Shown here piece after piece: positions 1 through 13,058 of a stretch of DNA of 64,000 nucleotides. This stretch comes from Anolis carolinensis. Lineage: Eukaryota. The notes under the pieces were generated by a model that worked only from the letters and a program-made list of their open reading frames with translations, searched no databases and was not told the DNA's origin. The DNA is taken from positions 211,707,971 through 211,771,970 of the forward strand of contig NC_085843.1 of the NCBI RefSeq assembly GCF_035594765.1. The letters run 5' to 3'. Made by a program: the position numbers and the translations under genes. Numbering within the stretch: the first letter of the stretch is position 1; every line of letters begins with the position of its first letter.

Positions 1-232
1 ACTCTGCACTGTGAACCAACAGGGACACTCTGAGCCCCCCCCCCCCCCCCCCATGTTGCTGCTGACTATAGCAGTGACACCACAGTCTATCTTCTACTTG
101 TGTCTCAGTCAACCTCTTTCCATGTAATCCAACATGTGATGGGAGGATGGGAGAAGGAGAGAAAGCCTGAGCCCAGGAAGTACAGATTGGTTGTTGGGAA
201 CTGGCTGTGAATGTCTGGATTGCTATAACTCA

Positions 233-1051
233 GGGTATATCCAGACAGCCCCTTTAAAGTGGGAGTTGCCGCACTTTAAAGTGGGCCGTCCAGATGACAT
301 ACTACAGAAAAATGAATTCATTTGCCACAAACCAGGAAAACCCTGGTTTGCAGTGAATTAATTTTATAGTCCTTTAGACATGTGCCTTTCTAAAAGGCCG
401 GAGTCTAATGGGCTATGGCCCTGTGTGGACAGGCCCACGGGAACTCCTGGAACTTTCTTGCAGCCTGTCCAAACACCCATCCCATACCTTCTGGACTCCT
501 GGAGCCCAGAAGGTGTGAGATTGCCCCCACCGTCTCCCAAAACCCCTAAAAAATGGGGGGGAAAAGTAAAAAATAACTTACCAGCCTCCATTAGCCCTCA
601 CAGCACAGTCCCTGGGATGTACCATTATGCACAAAAAACCAAGGGGGAGGCAGGAGCAATTTTCCGCCTTGATTTTTCGTGCGTAATGGTACATCCCAGG
701 GACTGTGTTATGAGGCCTAATGGAGGCCAGTAAGTTATTTTTACCGTCCCCCCCCCCCCCCCGTTTTTAAGGAGTTTTGGGAGGAGGTGGGGGCTGTGTA
801 CATCCTGAGGACTGTGCTGTGAGGCCTAATGGAGGCCAGTAAGTTATTATTACTGTTTCCCCCCATTTTAAGGGGTTTTGGGAGGAGGTGGAGGCTGTCT
901 CCCTTTTCTCCCAGTAGGTACCAGGAGGACATGTAGACAGTACCTTCGGAAAGCATGGGTTTTTGGGGTGGTGTGCGGACTGCAGTCCACCTCAATCTGG
1001 GGTTTTTAAAACCCAGGTTGAAGCGGACTTTACCCCTGTCTGGAACCACCC
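233..1051. mobile_element. Non-autonomous DNA transposon (MITE, Harbinger/PIF-like) with internal inverted and direct repeats
   Basis: Imperfect TIRs GGGTATATCCAGACAG (233) and CTGTCTGGAACCACCC (ends 1051). Flanks TCA/TCG resemble a 3-bp TSD. GC-richer than its surroundings. Confidence 0.6.
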
Positions 1052-2305
1052 TCGGAAAAAAGCCTGAATTCTGCTTTGGGACTTGGACTTTAATCTGAGT
1101 TATTTTACAGCTGTATTAAGCGGCTTTCCCCAGGTTAATCCAAATCAACCTGTGTGCGTTTTGTGGCTGCCTTGGGCTGATCTGACCCCACATCAAACTG
1201 GATGGTCAGTACAAATGGGGTCGAAGTTTGAATGCAGACTTTTCCTTTTGTCCTCAGTGTTTTCTACACCTGTGAGACATTATTTCATGTTACCTGAACA
1301 AGGTTAGATATTCTAAAGGAAGTAACTGAAAAGTGTTTGACTCAAGGGTTCTAGAAAACTTAGCAATTGATCTGCATCCTGTGAAAGAATCTAATGTATG
1401 AGACTAATATAATTTCTGAGGACCTTCATGGGAACTGGCTATTTTTTTGTCCATATTTTCAAAATTAAAAAGCACACAGTTCCTCATATTGTATTTCTAT
1501 ACATTTGATTTATCATTTAGTGATACTAATTTGGTAAAAGATTTGATAGTTGGTAGAAGGTTTTGAATGTTTAGAATGTTGGCAGACATTTGCATGTAAT
1601 GTTGATTTAATTGGTAACCAAATGTGGCAGGTTTCTACATTTTCTGATCAAAAAACCATTTATTTGTTGACTGACTGCTTGATATCTGTGTAGAGATGAA
1701 AATCTCTTCCATTCTATAGAAGTCTTTACTGAGAATCTTGTTATCTACCACTGAGAAAAATAGTGATCTTGGAAGCTAAGGAACAGTATTTTTTCTGGCT
1801 GCGGGAGAAATGGATGGGGTCTCTTCAGATTTAAGGGTCATGCAGGGTACAATCAAATAACAGATGTTATAAATCTCTGGGTTATGTTTTGAATGTGGTC
1901 ATAGCATGTTCTAATATCCCTTATTTTGCTCTTTAGATGTAGGGAAAATTGGTTGGAAAACAACTGATGAATTAATGTTACCATGTTCAGTAGTTGTCTT
2001 CCTTGAAGTTTCCTCCCAGAAATTAGGTGCACAATCCCACTAAAAGTTAGTATTTTTAGTTAGCAATTTCAGAGAAAAGTTTAAGTACATGATTAACTTA
2101 TCCATTGAGATAAATGGGACTTTAAAATGATTAATTTTCATTCCATGTATTTTATTTCCTGTTTTTGTAATAAGTAAAAGAAACCTCAAAGCTTCAAATA
2201 ATGCTTTGAAATGTAATTTTATTCCAAAGCCCTTATGCTGCTTTTGAATTTTAAACTATTTTTTTATCTACCGTCATATAACAGTTTGCTTTCTCTCCTT
2301 TTAAG

Positions 2306-2367
2306 GCTTAGATTGTGCAAGAGAAGCTTTGCGTCCCCCACGACTTTTGAAATATGCATTATTTTGA
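2306..2367 (+). CDS. Candidate terminal coding exon of an unidentified gene ((G)LDCAREALRPPRLLKYALF*)
   Basis: Polypyrimidine acceptor tttgctttctctccttttaag|G, retained CpGs, and a short open frame to TGA. No homology recognised. Confidence 0.2.
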
Positions 2368-3429
2368 CAACAACAATGCAGTACAATATGAATTGCTGAC
2401 TTAGACAGGTCATTGAACTAAGTCAGTTCCCATACTATGTAGTATGCAATAACCATTTTAAGTTATTGCTTGGTCTGGAAGCAGTCATAATTTATAAGCT
2501 CAGAGCTACATATTGTAAAAAAAAACCAGATGAAATTCCTTAAAATATAAATATTGTTGTTCTAGAAGCATTTAGAGAAAAAAACTGTTTTGTGGGATGC
2601 TCAATTCTTTCTCCAGGGAGGAAGCATTTTCATAGAGGATACAGTATGTGTATGGAGGATAAGCTTGAAGTTTCTTCCCCGTTCACGTTACATTAGTAAA
2701 GACTGGACTGGGAACTCTTGACATAAATGTGTGGCATCCTTTCACATTCAAAAGCAATGAAGTTCATAAATCATCTCTTTCCAGGATTTTAATATACTGA
2801 CATTTTATTACTATAGAATTTATTAACAGGGACTTCTATCTAATTTAGTTATGAAATTATTTTTCAAAATGCAGTGGGGTTTGAACAGTTTGGGAAATTG
2901 CTGTTCTATGCTGGGCAGAATTCAGTCAGATTTATGCACTTTGAACCAATGAGGTCAATTTTAGTGTCCACATTACATAGATTGTTATTTTAAAATACAT
3001 AAATAACTCTGATTGGGTAGTTTTCCCAGTGAGTAGGAAAACTGAAGGACTTGGTCTATATTGCTGCTTAGTTTCTGTCACAGTAGTCAGGAACTGCGGT
3101 GGCAAACAGGATGATTTTGAATGGGGTGAATTAACTCTTTTGACATGGACATTGAAAGGGAGTGGTGGGAGTTCAGAGTTATTATATATTTATTATATAG
3201 GTACTTAAATACTGAACTGTGAGCGTCTACTGATTCCATCTGTTATGCAGTTAGCAGACATGCACCATCTAAAAAATGTATCTAGGAACTCCCATGCCTT
3301 CACACCAATCCCTTCCAGTAAGTGCTCACTATTTTTTCTTGGCATGTTGATGCTTTTTAATTTTCAGTACATAACCTTGGCATTTTCTATAGTCCCCAAA
3401 GAGAAATTTCAGAGCTAGGATATGGGTAT

Positions 3430-4090
3430 AAATAGACGTCTTCTATTTGAATCTAATAGTTCAGGTCCCATCCATTGGAACAACAGACAACAGTCTTGTT
3501 CTTTCTTCCATGTGACAACCCTTCATATATTTTGAAGATTGCTATCAGATAACCTTTCATTCTTTTTTCCAGGCTAAACATTCCCCACTTCCTCAATCAT
3601 TGGGTTTTGAGACCTTTTCGAGTTTTGCTTGTCCTTCTTGGGACATGTTTCAACTTGTTGATACTCTGTAAAATGTGATACCCAGAAGTGCACACACCAC
3701 TTCAGGCAAGATCTGACCCAAGCAGAATAGACTGTAACATTATATTGTTTCATCTAGACACTCTACTTCTGACAATGCAGCCTGGATTTGCATTTACTTT
3801 TTTATAACATTTATGTTGGTTCAGATTTAGCTTGTAGTCTACTAAGATCCCCAGATCATTTTCACATGTTCTGCTGTAAAGCCAAAGTCGCCCATCCTAC
3901 ATTTATACATCTGGTTTTTCCTGCCTAAGTATAAAATCTTACATTTATCCCTGTTTTACTTTGGTCTTGGTCCTGCATGTATTAAGTTTACCATGAATTC
4001 TGTTTCTGTCTTCTGATATATTACTTATATCTTCAAGTCTAGCATAATCTACTAATTTTATGAGCCTTTCTTCTTTTCCTTCATTCAAAT
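3430..4090 (-). mobile_element. Old CR1 LINE ORF2 fragment
   Basis: Degraded CR1-like antisense motifs (ttttccaggctaaacattcccc, cccagaagtgcacaca...cagg, agatccccagatc). Boundaries approximate. Confidence 0.65.
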
Positions 4091-4135
4091 ATCAGTTTTT
4101 GTTAAATGAGTGGCAGAAAGTATATATATATTTAT

Positions 4136-4460
4136 GGAGCCCCGGTGGCGAAGTGTGTTAAAGCACTGAGCTGCTGAACTTGCAGACCAAAAGGTCCCAG
4201 GTTCAAATCCCGGGGGCGGAGTGAGCGCCCGCTGTTAGCTCCAGTTTCTGCCAACCTAGCAGTTCGAAAACATGCCAATGTGAGTAGATCAATAGGTACC
4301 GCTCCGGCAGGAAGGTAACGGCACTCCATGCAGTCATGCCGGCCACATGACCTTAGAGGTGTCTACGGACAACGCCAGCTCTTCGGCTTAGAAATGGAGA
4401 TGAGCACCAACCCCCAGAGTCAGACATAACTGGACTTAACGTCAGGGGAAACCTTTACCT
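4136..4460 (+). mobile_element. Sauria SINE, full length
   Basis: tRNA-like head GGAGCCCCGGTGGCG...GGTTCAAATCC, core aataggtaccgctc, and ACCTTT tail. Near-identical to the copies at 37.4, 48.2 and 62.6 kb. Confidence 0.92.
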
Positions 4461-4654
4461 ATGCCTGCAAGTAATAAATTATCATCTAATAGGAAAAATT
4501 GCAGAGTAATATGAGTAGAAGCCACAGGAATTGCAGGAACAAAGAAGGTGTGGTTTTCTTCAGAGAATGTTTTTCCCCCTAGAAAATATTCTAGTTTAAT
4601 TTTCAAAAGGAAAGCTTGAAATCTAGGCCAGTTAATGGTCTAAACAGGTTAGAA

Positions 4655-4788
4655 CAGGAATAGGTAAACTTCAGCCTTCCATGTGTTTTGGACTCCAATT
4701 CTCAAAATTACAAACAGCCTACTGGCTGTTAGGAACTGTGGGGGTTGGAGTTCAAAACACCTGGAGGGCGGAAGTTTGCCCATGCCTG
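4655..4788. mobile_element. Short palindromic hAT MITE
   Basis: TIRs CAGGAATAGGTAAACTT / AAGTTTGCCCATGCCTG; 8-bp TSD GGTTAGAA/AGTTAGAA; internally palindromic. Confidence 0.8.
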
Positions 4789-5664
4789 AGTTAGAATCTA
4801 GGTTAAAATTTAGATAAATAATATGGAGATCTTGTACTACTCAATTTTTTTGTGTAAGCTCTCTGCTTTTTTTTTCTTTCATTCAATTTTCTGTCATCTG
4901 CTCTCTTTCTCTGGGCATACTCATAAAGCATATAAAGGGCTTTGTTGGCATAGCTAATTAATGACACATGTCCTATTCTAGGAGGAAGGTGTTATATAAA
5001 TTAGTAAAATAACTAAATAAATTACATGTTGCACTCTGAAATGTTGTGTCTTGAGGCAGCAGCTAGCAATTGTCCAAGGAGTTCCTTTATCAGTTTAACA
5101 TCCTTTGCAGCTAGATCTTCTGTACAGATGTATCAGAATCAAATCTGAGATTATTATTTTTAAACAATTATTTTCTGCTATGCAGCTGTAGTGGAGAGAA
5201 AAAAAACCTCCCAAAACACAGATTAACTTTTACTTTTTTGTAGCCCCTCATGAATTGTCCTCAAACAGTTTTAGAAATCTGTATGCAGTTTGCAGCATAT
5301 GTAAGCTCTGATTGCTGCTGTGGAGGTTACAAAACCCAAAGGCATAGTTTACAGACATTCTAAGCTCTGAATGCTAAGAAGTTTATGATGTCCAAAACTA
5401 TGTCTCCTTAGTGCAATAATTCCAATATATTAACTGTATGTTGGAAACTACCCTATATGGAGTCTCTGCAAAAATTGTAAGGAGGAAATCCTGAGTGTTC
5501 TGTGAAGTCTTGTCAGGAAGTTGAAATACATCTTTAACCAGCTTTTTTTGCATAAAACCACAGACACAGATTTGTAACTGTTGAAGAAATTAGACTGTGA
5601 CAGTAACTGACAGGCATTTACATTCAGATAATGGAAAAGGTGTGTGACATTTGGTTACAAAGAA

Positions 5665-6540
5665 GAGCCAGGCTAGCACAGTGGGTTAAACCACCAGATA
5701 TAGAAGATCCTGTCGACCGGAAGGTTGGAAGTTGAAGCCCGGGTTGGGGTGAGCTCCCACCGTCAGTCAAACTTCTGCTCATCTAGCAGTTTGAAAACAA
5801 CAATAAGTAGATAAATAGGTACCGCTTTGGCATGGAGGTAAAAGGTGCCCTGAAAAACATGCTGACAAAAATCTGTCCAGGAAAAGTGTCCGTGGATGAT
5901 AGGCTCCTTGGCATGGAAAATGAAACAAGAGCACCTCCCCATTTATTTATTTACTTATTTTCATCATTTCTATGCCGCCCTTCTTACCCAAAGGGACTCA
6001 GGGCAGCTCATAATCTGGCAAAATTCGATGCCGGTATACAGTACAAAAGATAAAACATAAGCAATTAAAACAATCAATTTACCATAATACAATAAATACA
6101 TTTAAAACAGTACAAAAAAATACTTAAACCATTCGTCCACAAAAACCTTGCACGTAAACCTTAATCCAGATCGAGTCAAAGCCAACATAGTTCATTCATT
6201 AAAGGCTTGCTCACAAAGCCAGGTCTTCACCTTTTCCCTAAAACTCAGAAGGGATGGGGCCTGCCGGATATCACTGGGGAGGGAGTTCCACAGCCGAGGA
6301 GCCACCACTGAGAAGGCCCTGTCTCTCGTCCCCACCAGCCGCACATAGCCAAGTCGAGCACAGCCAGATGTTGGAGATGAAAAGAGGGAAGCCTTGCCCC
6401 TGTTTAAGTATTGTCTGTCTTTGTCAATTGTATAACGTCACTGAATGTTTGCCATATATGTACCTGTAATCCACTCTGAGTCCCCTTGGGGAGACAGAGA
6501 GAAATAGAAATAAAGTACAATATTATTATTGTTATTTATT
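5665..6540 (+). mobile_element. Sauria-related tRNA SINE with L2-like tail, split by an L2 insertion (SINE parts about 5665-5940 and 6346-6540)
   Basis: Shares the ctagcagtttgaaaac...aataggtaccgct core with Sauria SINEs. 3' tail ctctgagtcccc..gggag...aataaagt(att)n. Confidence 0.7.
5941..6345 (-). mobile_element. 5'-truncated L2 LINE 3' end
   Basis: 6250-6345 is the reverse complement of the L2 ORF2 C-terminus at about 40600-40750 (RAFS..APRLWNSLP). (ATTT)n tail at 5941. Confidence 0.85.
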
Positions 6541-7854
6541 AAGTTATGGAAGTAACCACTTGTTTCAGTAAAGCTAGCAGTAGTTGCATTTAAGTAGAAG
6601 CCTTCAATGGCATGAATAAATACTAGTATGCTGTTGAATCCCCTTTCCTAAAGACATTCTCAGACTACTGGGGCAGTGCATGCCATTCTAGTCAAGTATC
6701 AGGAAATGGGAAGTGCTCCTTTCTCTCTTTCACAATACTGTTAACGAATCTCCTCCTCCAGGGCCTTCTCTCAAATGTTTTTATCTTACTGAATCTTGGC
6801 TGTTTAAGCTAGATTCCATCTCCCAGCAATGTCTCTGAACTGACATAGCAAGTGTCAGTTCAGTTTCTACCCATTCTTCACCTTACATCTCTTCGGGGCT
6901 ATTTATTTTTCTGTAGATCTAGAGAGTGTGTCAGTTCATTTCAACTTGGAACCATGCTTGCATGACTCCGTAAATGCCTCAACATCAAGGCCATAAAAAC
7001 CCCAGTCATTAAAATGTTGCTACCTATATTCTCCCATGGTTGCTAATTTAATTAAAGATGACAACACTGCGTATACCACTAGAAAAGGCGTTTTTAAATT
7101 TAGTAAACTAGTTTTATCTGAAGTAATCTTCTTCTGAATTTGTTGCTAATCTTTTTATTTCCTTCCTGCCTCCTGGATTTTTCTTTCCTTTATTGATGGT
7201 TTAATTTGTTTTCCTGTGGTCAGTGCTTTAGGGGGTAGTTGTGTATTCAAAAGAATACACTGTATGCAAAAAGCAAAATACTTAGTAACAGTTTATTATA
7301 TGTGTTGTTCTTTACAATGTTTCAGTATTGTTCTTTTAAAAAATTGTCTTAGCTCTAGGATATTTGTGATATACGGCATGTCAGGAAGTTGTCTTGACAG
7401 CCTAAAAATAACCTTGCCAGCATTTCCCAGAATTCATTGGGTTTTGTAAGCATTTTTAAGACTCATATTTCTGCAGATGAGATTATTTCTGCAACCTCAT
7501 CTGAATAATTGCAAAATCAATTAAGTAAATATATTGACATAGAACCAGACCAAGTCAGAATTTAGTCCTATTGATATTAATGGGTTAGAATTGGTAATAA
7601 CAAATGTGTTCTTTTGCTTCCCCCACCTGATTTTTGTTTTGTTTGCAAATTCCCTCTTATATTGATCCACACTTATTGTAATATAGTGCTGGGTAGATGA
7701 CAAACCATTTATAAAGCTAAAAATGACTGCAGAAGAATTTTTAAAGGGTAAATAAAATGGCATTTTCATAAAACCACCTTTTTGCTCATTAGGATATGTA
7801 ACACAAATATGGTATACAGGCTTGCATTGTTAAGTTGTACAGTATACCCTTGAA

Positions 7855-7975
7855 CCAGTGTTTTTCTATGCATTTTCCAGGCTGTATGGCCATTTTCCAG
7901 AAGCAATCTCTCCTGATGTTTTGCCCACATCTGCGGCAGGTATCCTCAGAGGTTGTGAGATATATTGGAAAAATA
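7855..7975 (-). mobile_element. Penelope-like element fragment with a degraded hammerhead ribozyme motif
   Basis: Minus strand reads cctCTGAGGAtacctgccgcagatgtgggcAAAAcatcaggag. Homologous to both arms of 42129-42355. Confidence 0.65.
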
Positions 7976-8340
7976 TTTAGGAACAATCATGGAATAACAG
8001 CAACAAATTAATGATATTGGGGGTGCTTTGAAATAATTCCCCAACATGATCTCAAATATCTTCCCATCATGCTGTCCACCCATCCTCCTTCAACTCTTCC
8101 CCTGACAGATATTCTTCCTCTTCTGATTATTCAGTTTCCAGAAAATAGCACAAGGGTGATACTCAAATGATGCCTAGCATATTCCTGTTGGGTTGTTCTG
8201 CAGTAGCTGCCACAGACATAGAAGCTGAGCTCTCACTACCATGGTTCATAATTATGATGACCATTAGAAGCCTATAGTATTTATTTTCCAAAGAGAAGTA
8301 ATATTTATCCTGATGATATCATCATCCTGGCTTAAATGGA

Positions 8341-8425
8341 AGAATCATAGAATCATAGAGTTGGAAGAGACCACATGAACCATCTAGTCCAACCCCCTAC
8401 CATGCAGCAAAAGCACAATCAAAGA
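8341..8425 (-). mobile_element. CR1 3' end
   Basis: agaatcatagaatcatagagttggaagagacc...tagtccaacccc, the antisense of the CR1 (ATTCTATG)n tail. Confidence 0.8.
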
Positions 8426-9477
8426 AATAGGGATTGATTCCAACAGTTTGAAAGTTCAGGGCTTTTTAGTTGGTTAACCATAGATTGTAACTTCCTCTGT
8501 CTTTTTCAAGGGCAGTAGTATCTCATGAACCTGAGCAATACCTGGAGATTACATAGCAAGCCTGTCCTACTAAGAAACTGTTGGGAGGGATTTTGTGTGT
8601 GTGAGAGAGTGTGATGTAAGTAAATGTCCAATAGAGACTGCTTGAAAGCATCACACTGATTCTTCATGACCTCTTGCAAGATTTGAGTTTAGCTGCCATA
8701 CTGAGACTGAAAGAGCAAAAAAGCCAAGCGAAAGATGGACTTAAATGGCAATACGTTCAGTTCTTTGGCTGGGAACAAAATTATCATTGCCACAGAAAGC
8801 TTAGAAAGTTTAAATAGTTGCTGCCAGAAACATTGTTGTTACGGTGTTCCAAAGGCTCAACATATTTTAATTATATGTATTCTAAAGTACTTGAAATAAA
8901 CTTTCATGCAGTATTAAAAATATCCATGCTTCCTGTCATAAGGCAATAATTTTTGGTCCTGCATTTCACTGTGAGGATACCATAATCTTTGCATAGTTTA
9001 AATACCAAATAAAGTACCATCTTTTGTAATCTCAATGCAAAGCATTAACTGACTGTTATATTCTGCTTTATTTGCATGCCTCCTTTGTCTAAACATGATC
9101 ATCTTTTTGCAATCATTATTCTTAATTAAACTATTCACACAGGTCATTATTAAGAGACAGCACAGCATTTCAATACTGCTAACCCTGCGCTGGGTTAACA
9201 GCAATCAGATGTGTGGGTGTTGCTTCTGCTTAATGAGGTTCAATGCGCTATATTTCACATTTTGCAGCTTATAATCTTTATTCCTCTGCTGTTGCTCCAA
9301 AGTTACCTTTATTATTATGCCATATTTAGCAAATGAATTATCAGAACAAATTCATTTTAATCTTGATCCTATTGATAACTTAAAATATACTGTTTTTATT
9401 ACAAGTATTTCAAATCAATACTATTATTATTAGCATAATGGCAGGCTTATAACAAAGAAGGCTTATAATACAAAGAA

Positions 9478-9645
9478 GTCAGTATGGTATGGTGGTTTGT
9501 GTGTTCCTCAGCCTTGAAGTCTCACTCTCTCGGCCTCAGATGAAGACAAATCCCTTCTGAAGAAATCTTGCCCAGCAAACCCTGTGATTGGTTTGCCTCA
9601 TGGTCACTGTAAGTTGCAAATGACTAGAAGGCATACAACAACAGC
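9478..9645 (+). mobile_element. Old SINE with RTE-like 3' tail
   Basis: aaatcttgcccagcaaaccctgtga...gactagaaggcatacaacaac. Related degraded copies at about 30985-31190, 37170-37365 and 48560-48705. Confidence 0.6.
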
Positions 9646-11719
9646 AATTAAATACTGGCTGTGCAGACTGCAGTGGTGCTGATCCAGAATACACCACTTC
9701 AGATCAACATCTTTGTTTATGGCATGTTTATATGCCCCTGAGTCAGCATCATCTCTTTGTATAATGGTTTAGTATTTTGTTTTAAAATACCAGTTATTTT
9801 TAAACTGCCATATGAGTTGTGATTTAAAAAGTTTAGAGCATAAAATCCATATTCTCATTCCATAATTGGAAGACTACTTATCAATCAGATAATATTTCTA
9901 CTGAATTAACAAAGATTTGATTCTTCAGTATATCTCCTAGCAATGCCTTTGAACATAATTTCCAACATTTACTCATGTGCAAAGAGCGGATTCCTTTCTA
10001 GGCCACTGCCCCTCTGCTATAAGTGAATGGAAGAGGCAAAAGTGCTTTTCTGAGTACACATGTTTGCTTTGGAATACCAAGCACTGTCCATACAATTGAG
10101 AAGGCTGTAAGTAGCTCCATACAGATGGATTAAGCTTGGCATTTTGGGATACCTGGGACTTCCGTCATCCTTTCCTACAGCAATCACATGATTTCTGGAA
10201 TATTTGATTAGATCCTATCTCTAATAAACTGTTCATGTCCAGGTTTTCCCAGCTTGACAGAAAGGATGCTAAACTAGAGACAGTTTGCCAGTACACGGTA
10301 CAGAGGAAGAAGAGTAAGTGTTGTGTTTAGCTGTTGTTTGATTTCTGTCTCTTATTTGAGAGTTCGGAGAGATTGTTTTCAAATGAATGTGGATATATTG
10401 AAGTTTCAACTCTGCAGTATGTTGAGCTATGTGATTTTAATCCTTCCTTTAAATAAGGAAAGAAAAAAAGGCTTGGACAGACTGTGAGTCAGAAAAGAGA
10501 AATTGCTGATGGGCCGAGAACTGCTTAATTTTTTTCTACTTGACTGTTTTTCATCTTACACCTTTCATCTCACACCAATCACCTTCTCCAAGTGACTTCT
10601 TATCCACTTGGGGAGAGAAGTGGAGAGAAAATGTAGAATTTCCTGAATTACATTTCTTGATTCTATAATATCCTTTCAACCACACTAAAGTGCTGTCATG
10701 TAAAATATTGGAGTATTTTTTTTTTTTGCAGAGGTTGGTATTGAAATTTAATAAGTTAACCATGGCAAGAGCACAGACCTTACATGTAGGTTTGTATTCT
10801 AAAATAATATAAACTATAAAATAAAATGTGTGAAGGAACAAACAATCTCAATAATTAAGTTTTCCTACATCTATTTTCATATTCAATAACCAGTTTTTTT
10901 GTCCAATGAGAAAAAGAGGGCAAAGAGGACTCAACTGGAGATTGATCCCAACAAACAAGTAAAATGGGTCCCGCTTTCTCCTTCCTTCACCTGCTCTGGT
11001 CAGATATAATGGCTGCTGATAGTTCAGGAATGGGAGGAACTAAACTGCCTTTCCCCAAAAATCAACTGCAGAATCATGAACCAAGACTAGATTTTGGAGG
11101 AAGAGCCTGTGATGACAAAATAGATGAGATTGTATTTGCCTTTAGAGTGTGTTACCTTTTTGGTAACACAGATTCATATCAAATAAAATGTGGGTATTTT
11201 TGTGATGTGATTGCCAAAAATGTGTCTTTTTGCCTTCTCTACTAACATCAAAAAGAGAGAGAAAAGAGGGAAGGCCTTCCTCGTGATGTAAAGCCACTGG
11301 CTTTTTGTTAATGCAATGTGAAAAGCTTGCAAGAAGAGAAAACTGACATAAATTATACATTAAATAAAAACAGTTATACTGTTCCCCCAGTAGTCCCTGA
11401 GATCTGGTTCAAAAAGAGACAGCATCTTTTGACATATAATTGAAGGTCTTGTGCATATAAACAGTTTTCATCGGCGTGAAGTCAGAGCGTGCTTTGTTCA
11501 TCAAACAGCTTTGAAATAATAATAAAGAATCAAAACGTTTAGAACATTTGGCACAGTACCATCTGCCCCATGCTAACATTTCTATTGCTAGAAGTCAGAA
11601 TGTTGATGCCTTTTCAAAAATGATTCTTAAATATGTTTGCATTAAGAGCCTGTAAGTTCTGGCCCCTTTTTAAAGTAGTGGTTATATACACATTGGTTTT
11701 TCAGCAACACTTGGTATGT

Positions 11720-12070
11720 ATCGTATATAGTCCATAAGACTAGAAATTTTAGTAAAAACAAATCAATCCAAAAAACTTGGGTTGATTTATTCATGGGTCA
11801 ATATAAGTAGTGTACTTTAATAATTTTTCAAAAAACTAATCCCTTTCTCTAATTAGAGTGGCAAAAGGCAGGGACGTACTTGCTGTCATGGAATAATTTC
11901 TGTTCTTTTTGAATGCTTGGGTGGGAAAATGGCGGTGGATGATAAGAGCAACAGGCCCCTGAGGTGGCATTGATGCTGTCTCCTCTCTGCAGAATTAATC
12001 TTCAACATTTGGGCCACAAACCTGCCCTTGACTTATACATGGGGTTTATTTATACATTAATATATAAGGG
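11720..12070. mobile_element. Degraded Tc1/mariner-type non-autonomous element
   Basis: Similar to 25600-26035 (ataaga.tagaaattttagt.aaaa...ttgacttatacat). Boundaries approximate. Confidence 0.45.
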
Positions 12071-12629
12071 ATAAGTGCATATACTTTAGTAGAAAGGTTT
12101 GCAAGTAGAGGCTTGTTAAGCAATTTAAATTAAAGCCTAGTCTGCTTCCTGCAATCATCAGGCCTGTTCATTTACTAACATCTCTGGCTAACATGTGCAT
12201 CACCATCTCCAAATTTTGAATACACCCTTTCATATTCAATTCAGTTCAGTAGAGATAAATCATCTCTTTGCAGTACAGGCACTTAGAGCGAGTGTTCCCA
12301 TTCAGTTTGGGTAAGTGTAATGATTATGATCCTTGAACAGAATACTTATTAGAATATTAATGCTAACAGTGGAAGAAAACACTGGTATCAATGGATATCC
12401 ATTTAATTGTAAGAAGAATCAGAATGCCATCTGTGAAGTGAATGGGAAAAGAAAGTTGTGCCATGTAACAAACTGATACGTTTTCAAGGCTGTATAAGGA
12501 GGGAGGATAAGTTTTTGTTACAAATAAATTGTTTTACTCTTATCCTTCACAACTGAGCTTTTTATTGTTCAGCATAAGATCTGCATTCTCACTTACAGGG
12601 AGAAGTGAAGGAGAAAATGTCTTCAGATT

Positions 12630-12715
12630 TTGAATGAGATTTTCCTGCTTCTTGCAGTGGTTGGACTGGATGGCCCGTAAGGTCTCTTCCAACTTTACGA
12701 TTCTATGATTCTATT
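12630..12715 (+). mobile_element. CR1 3' end
   Basis: ggttggactggatggccc...ggtctcttccaact...gattctatgattct. Confidence 0.75.
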
Positions 12716-13058
12716 AGGAGTGTTTTTCTGCAGTATTGACTATTTTAGGGAAACAAAGGAGAAATCTGACATCAATGAAAGGGAAGGAATATGTGTTGGG
12801 AGAGAGCCTAGTGGAAAATTCTGGCAGCATGATAATGTAAAGGGGATCCCTTCAAGCAAGGGCTCTCTACTTCCCTCTGTGTTTTTTTTTTTTTTTTTTT
12901 GCAATTTGCAATTGAGGGCACAGTAATCACTGAAAGAAGGACAACCTTCAAGTTACTATAACACTTTCCCCCTCTTGCATTAGATCTAAAAAACTCCATG
13001 TCATCATTTCCTCTCCATGATATACTCCACCCTATTGGGCTTAGCTCAAGTTACTCAC

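Noticed and set aside
4136-4215. tRNA gene
   Set aside because: Only the tRNA-derived A/B-box head of a Sauria SINE.
4132-4329. Recurrent ORF of about 65 aa, MERRYLPAGAVPIDLL (also at 37513, 48341 and 62764)
   Set aside because: Antisense translation of Sauria SINE copies, not a gene family.
12274-12310. 37-nt plus-strand exon (tttgcag|...TGG|gtaagt)
   Set aside because: Splice sites are plausible, but there is no recognisable peptide or partner exon, and such matches are expected by chance in 64 kb.
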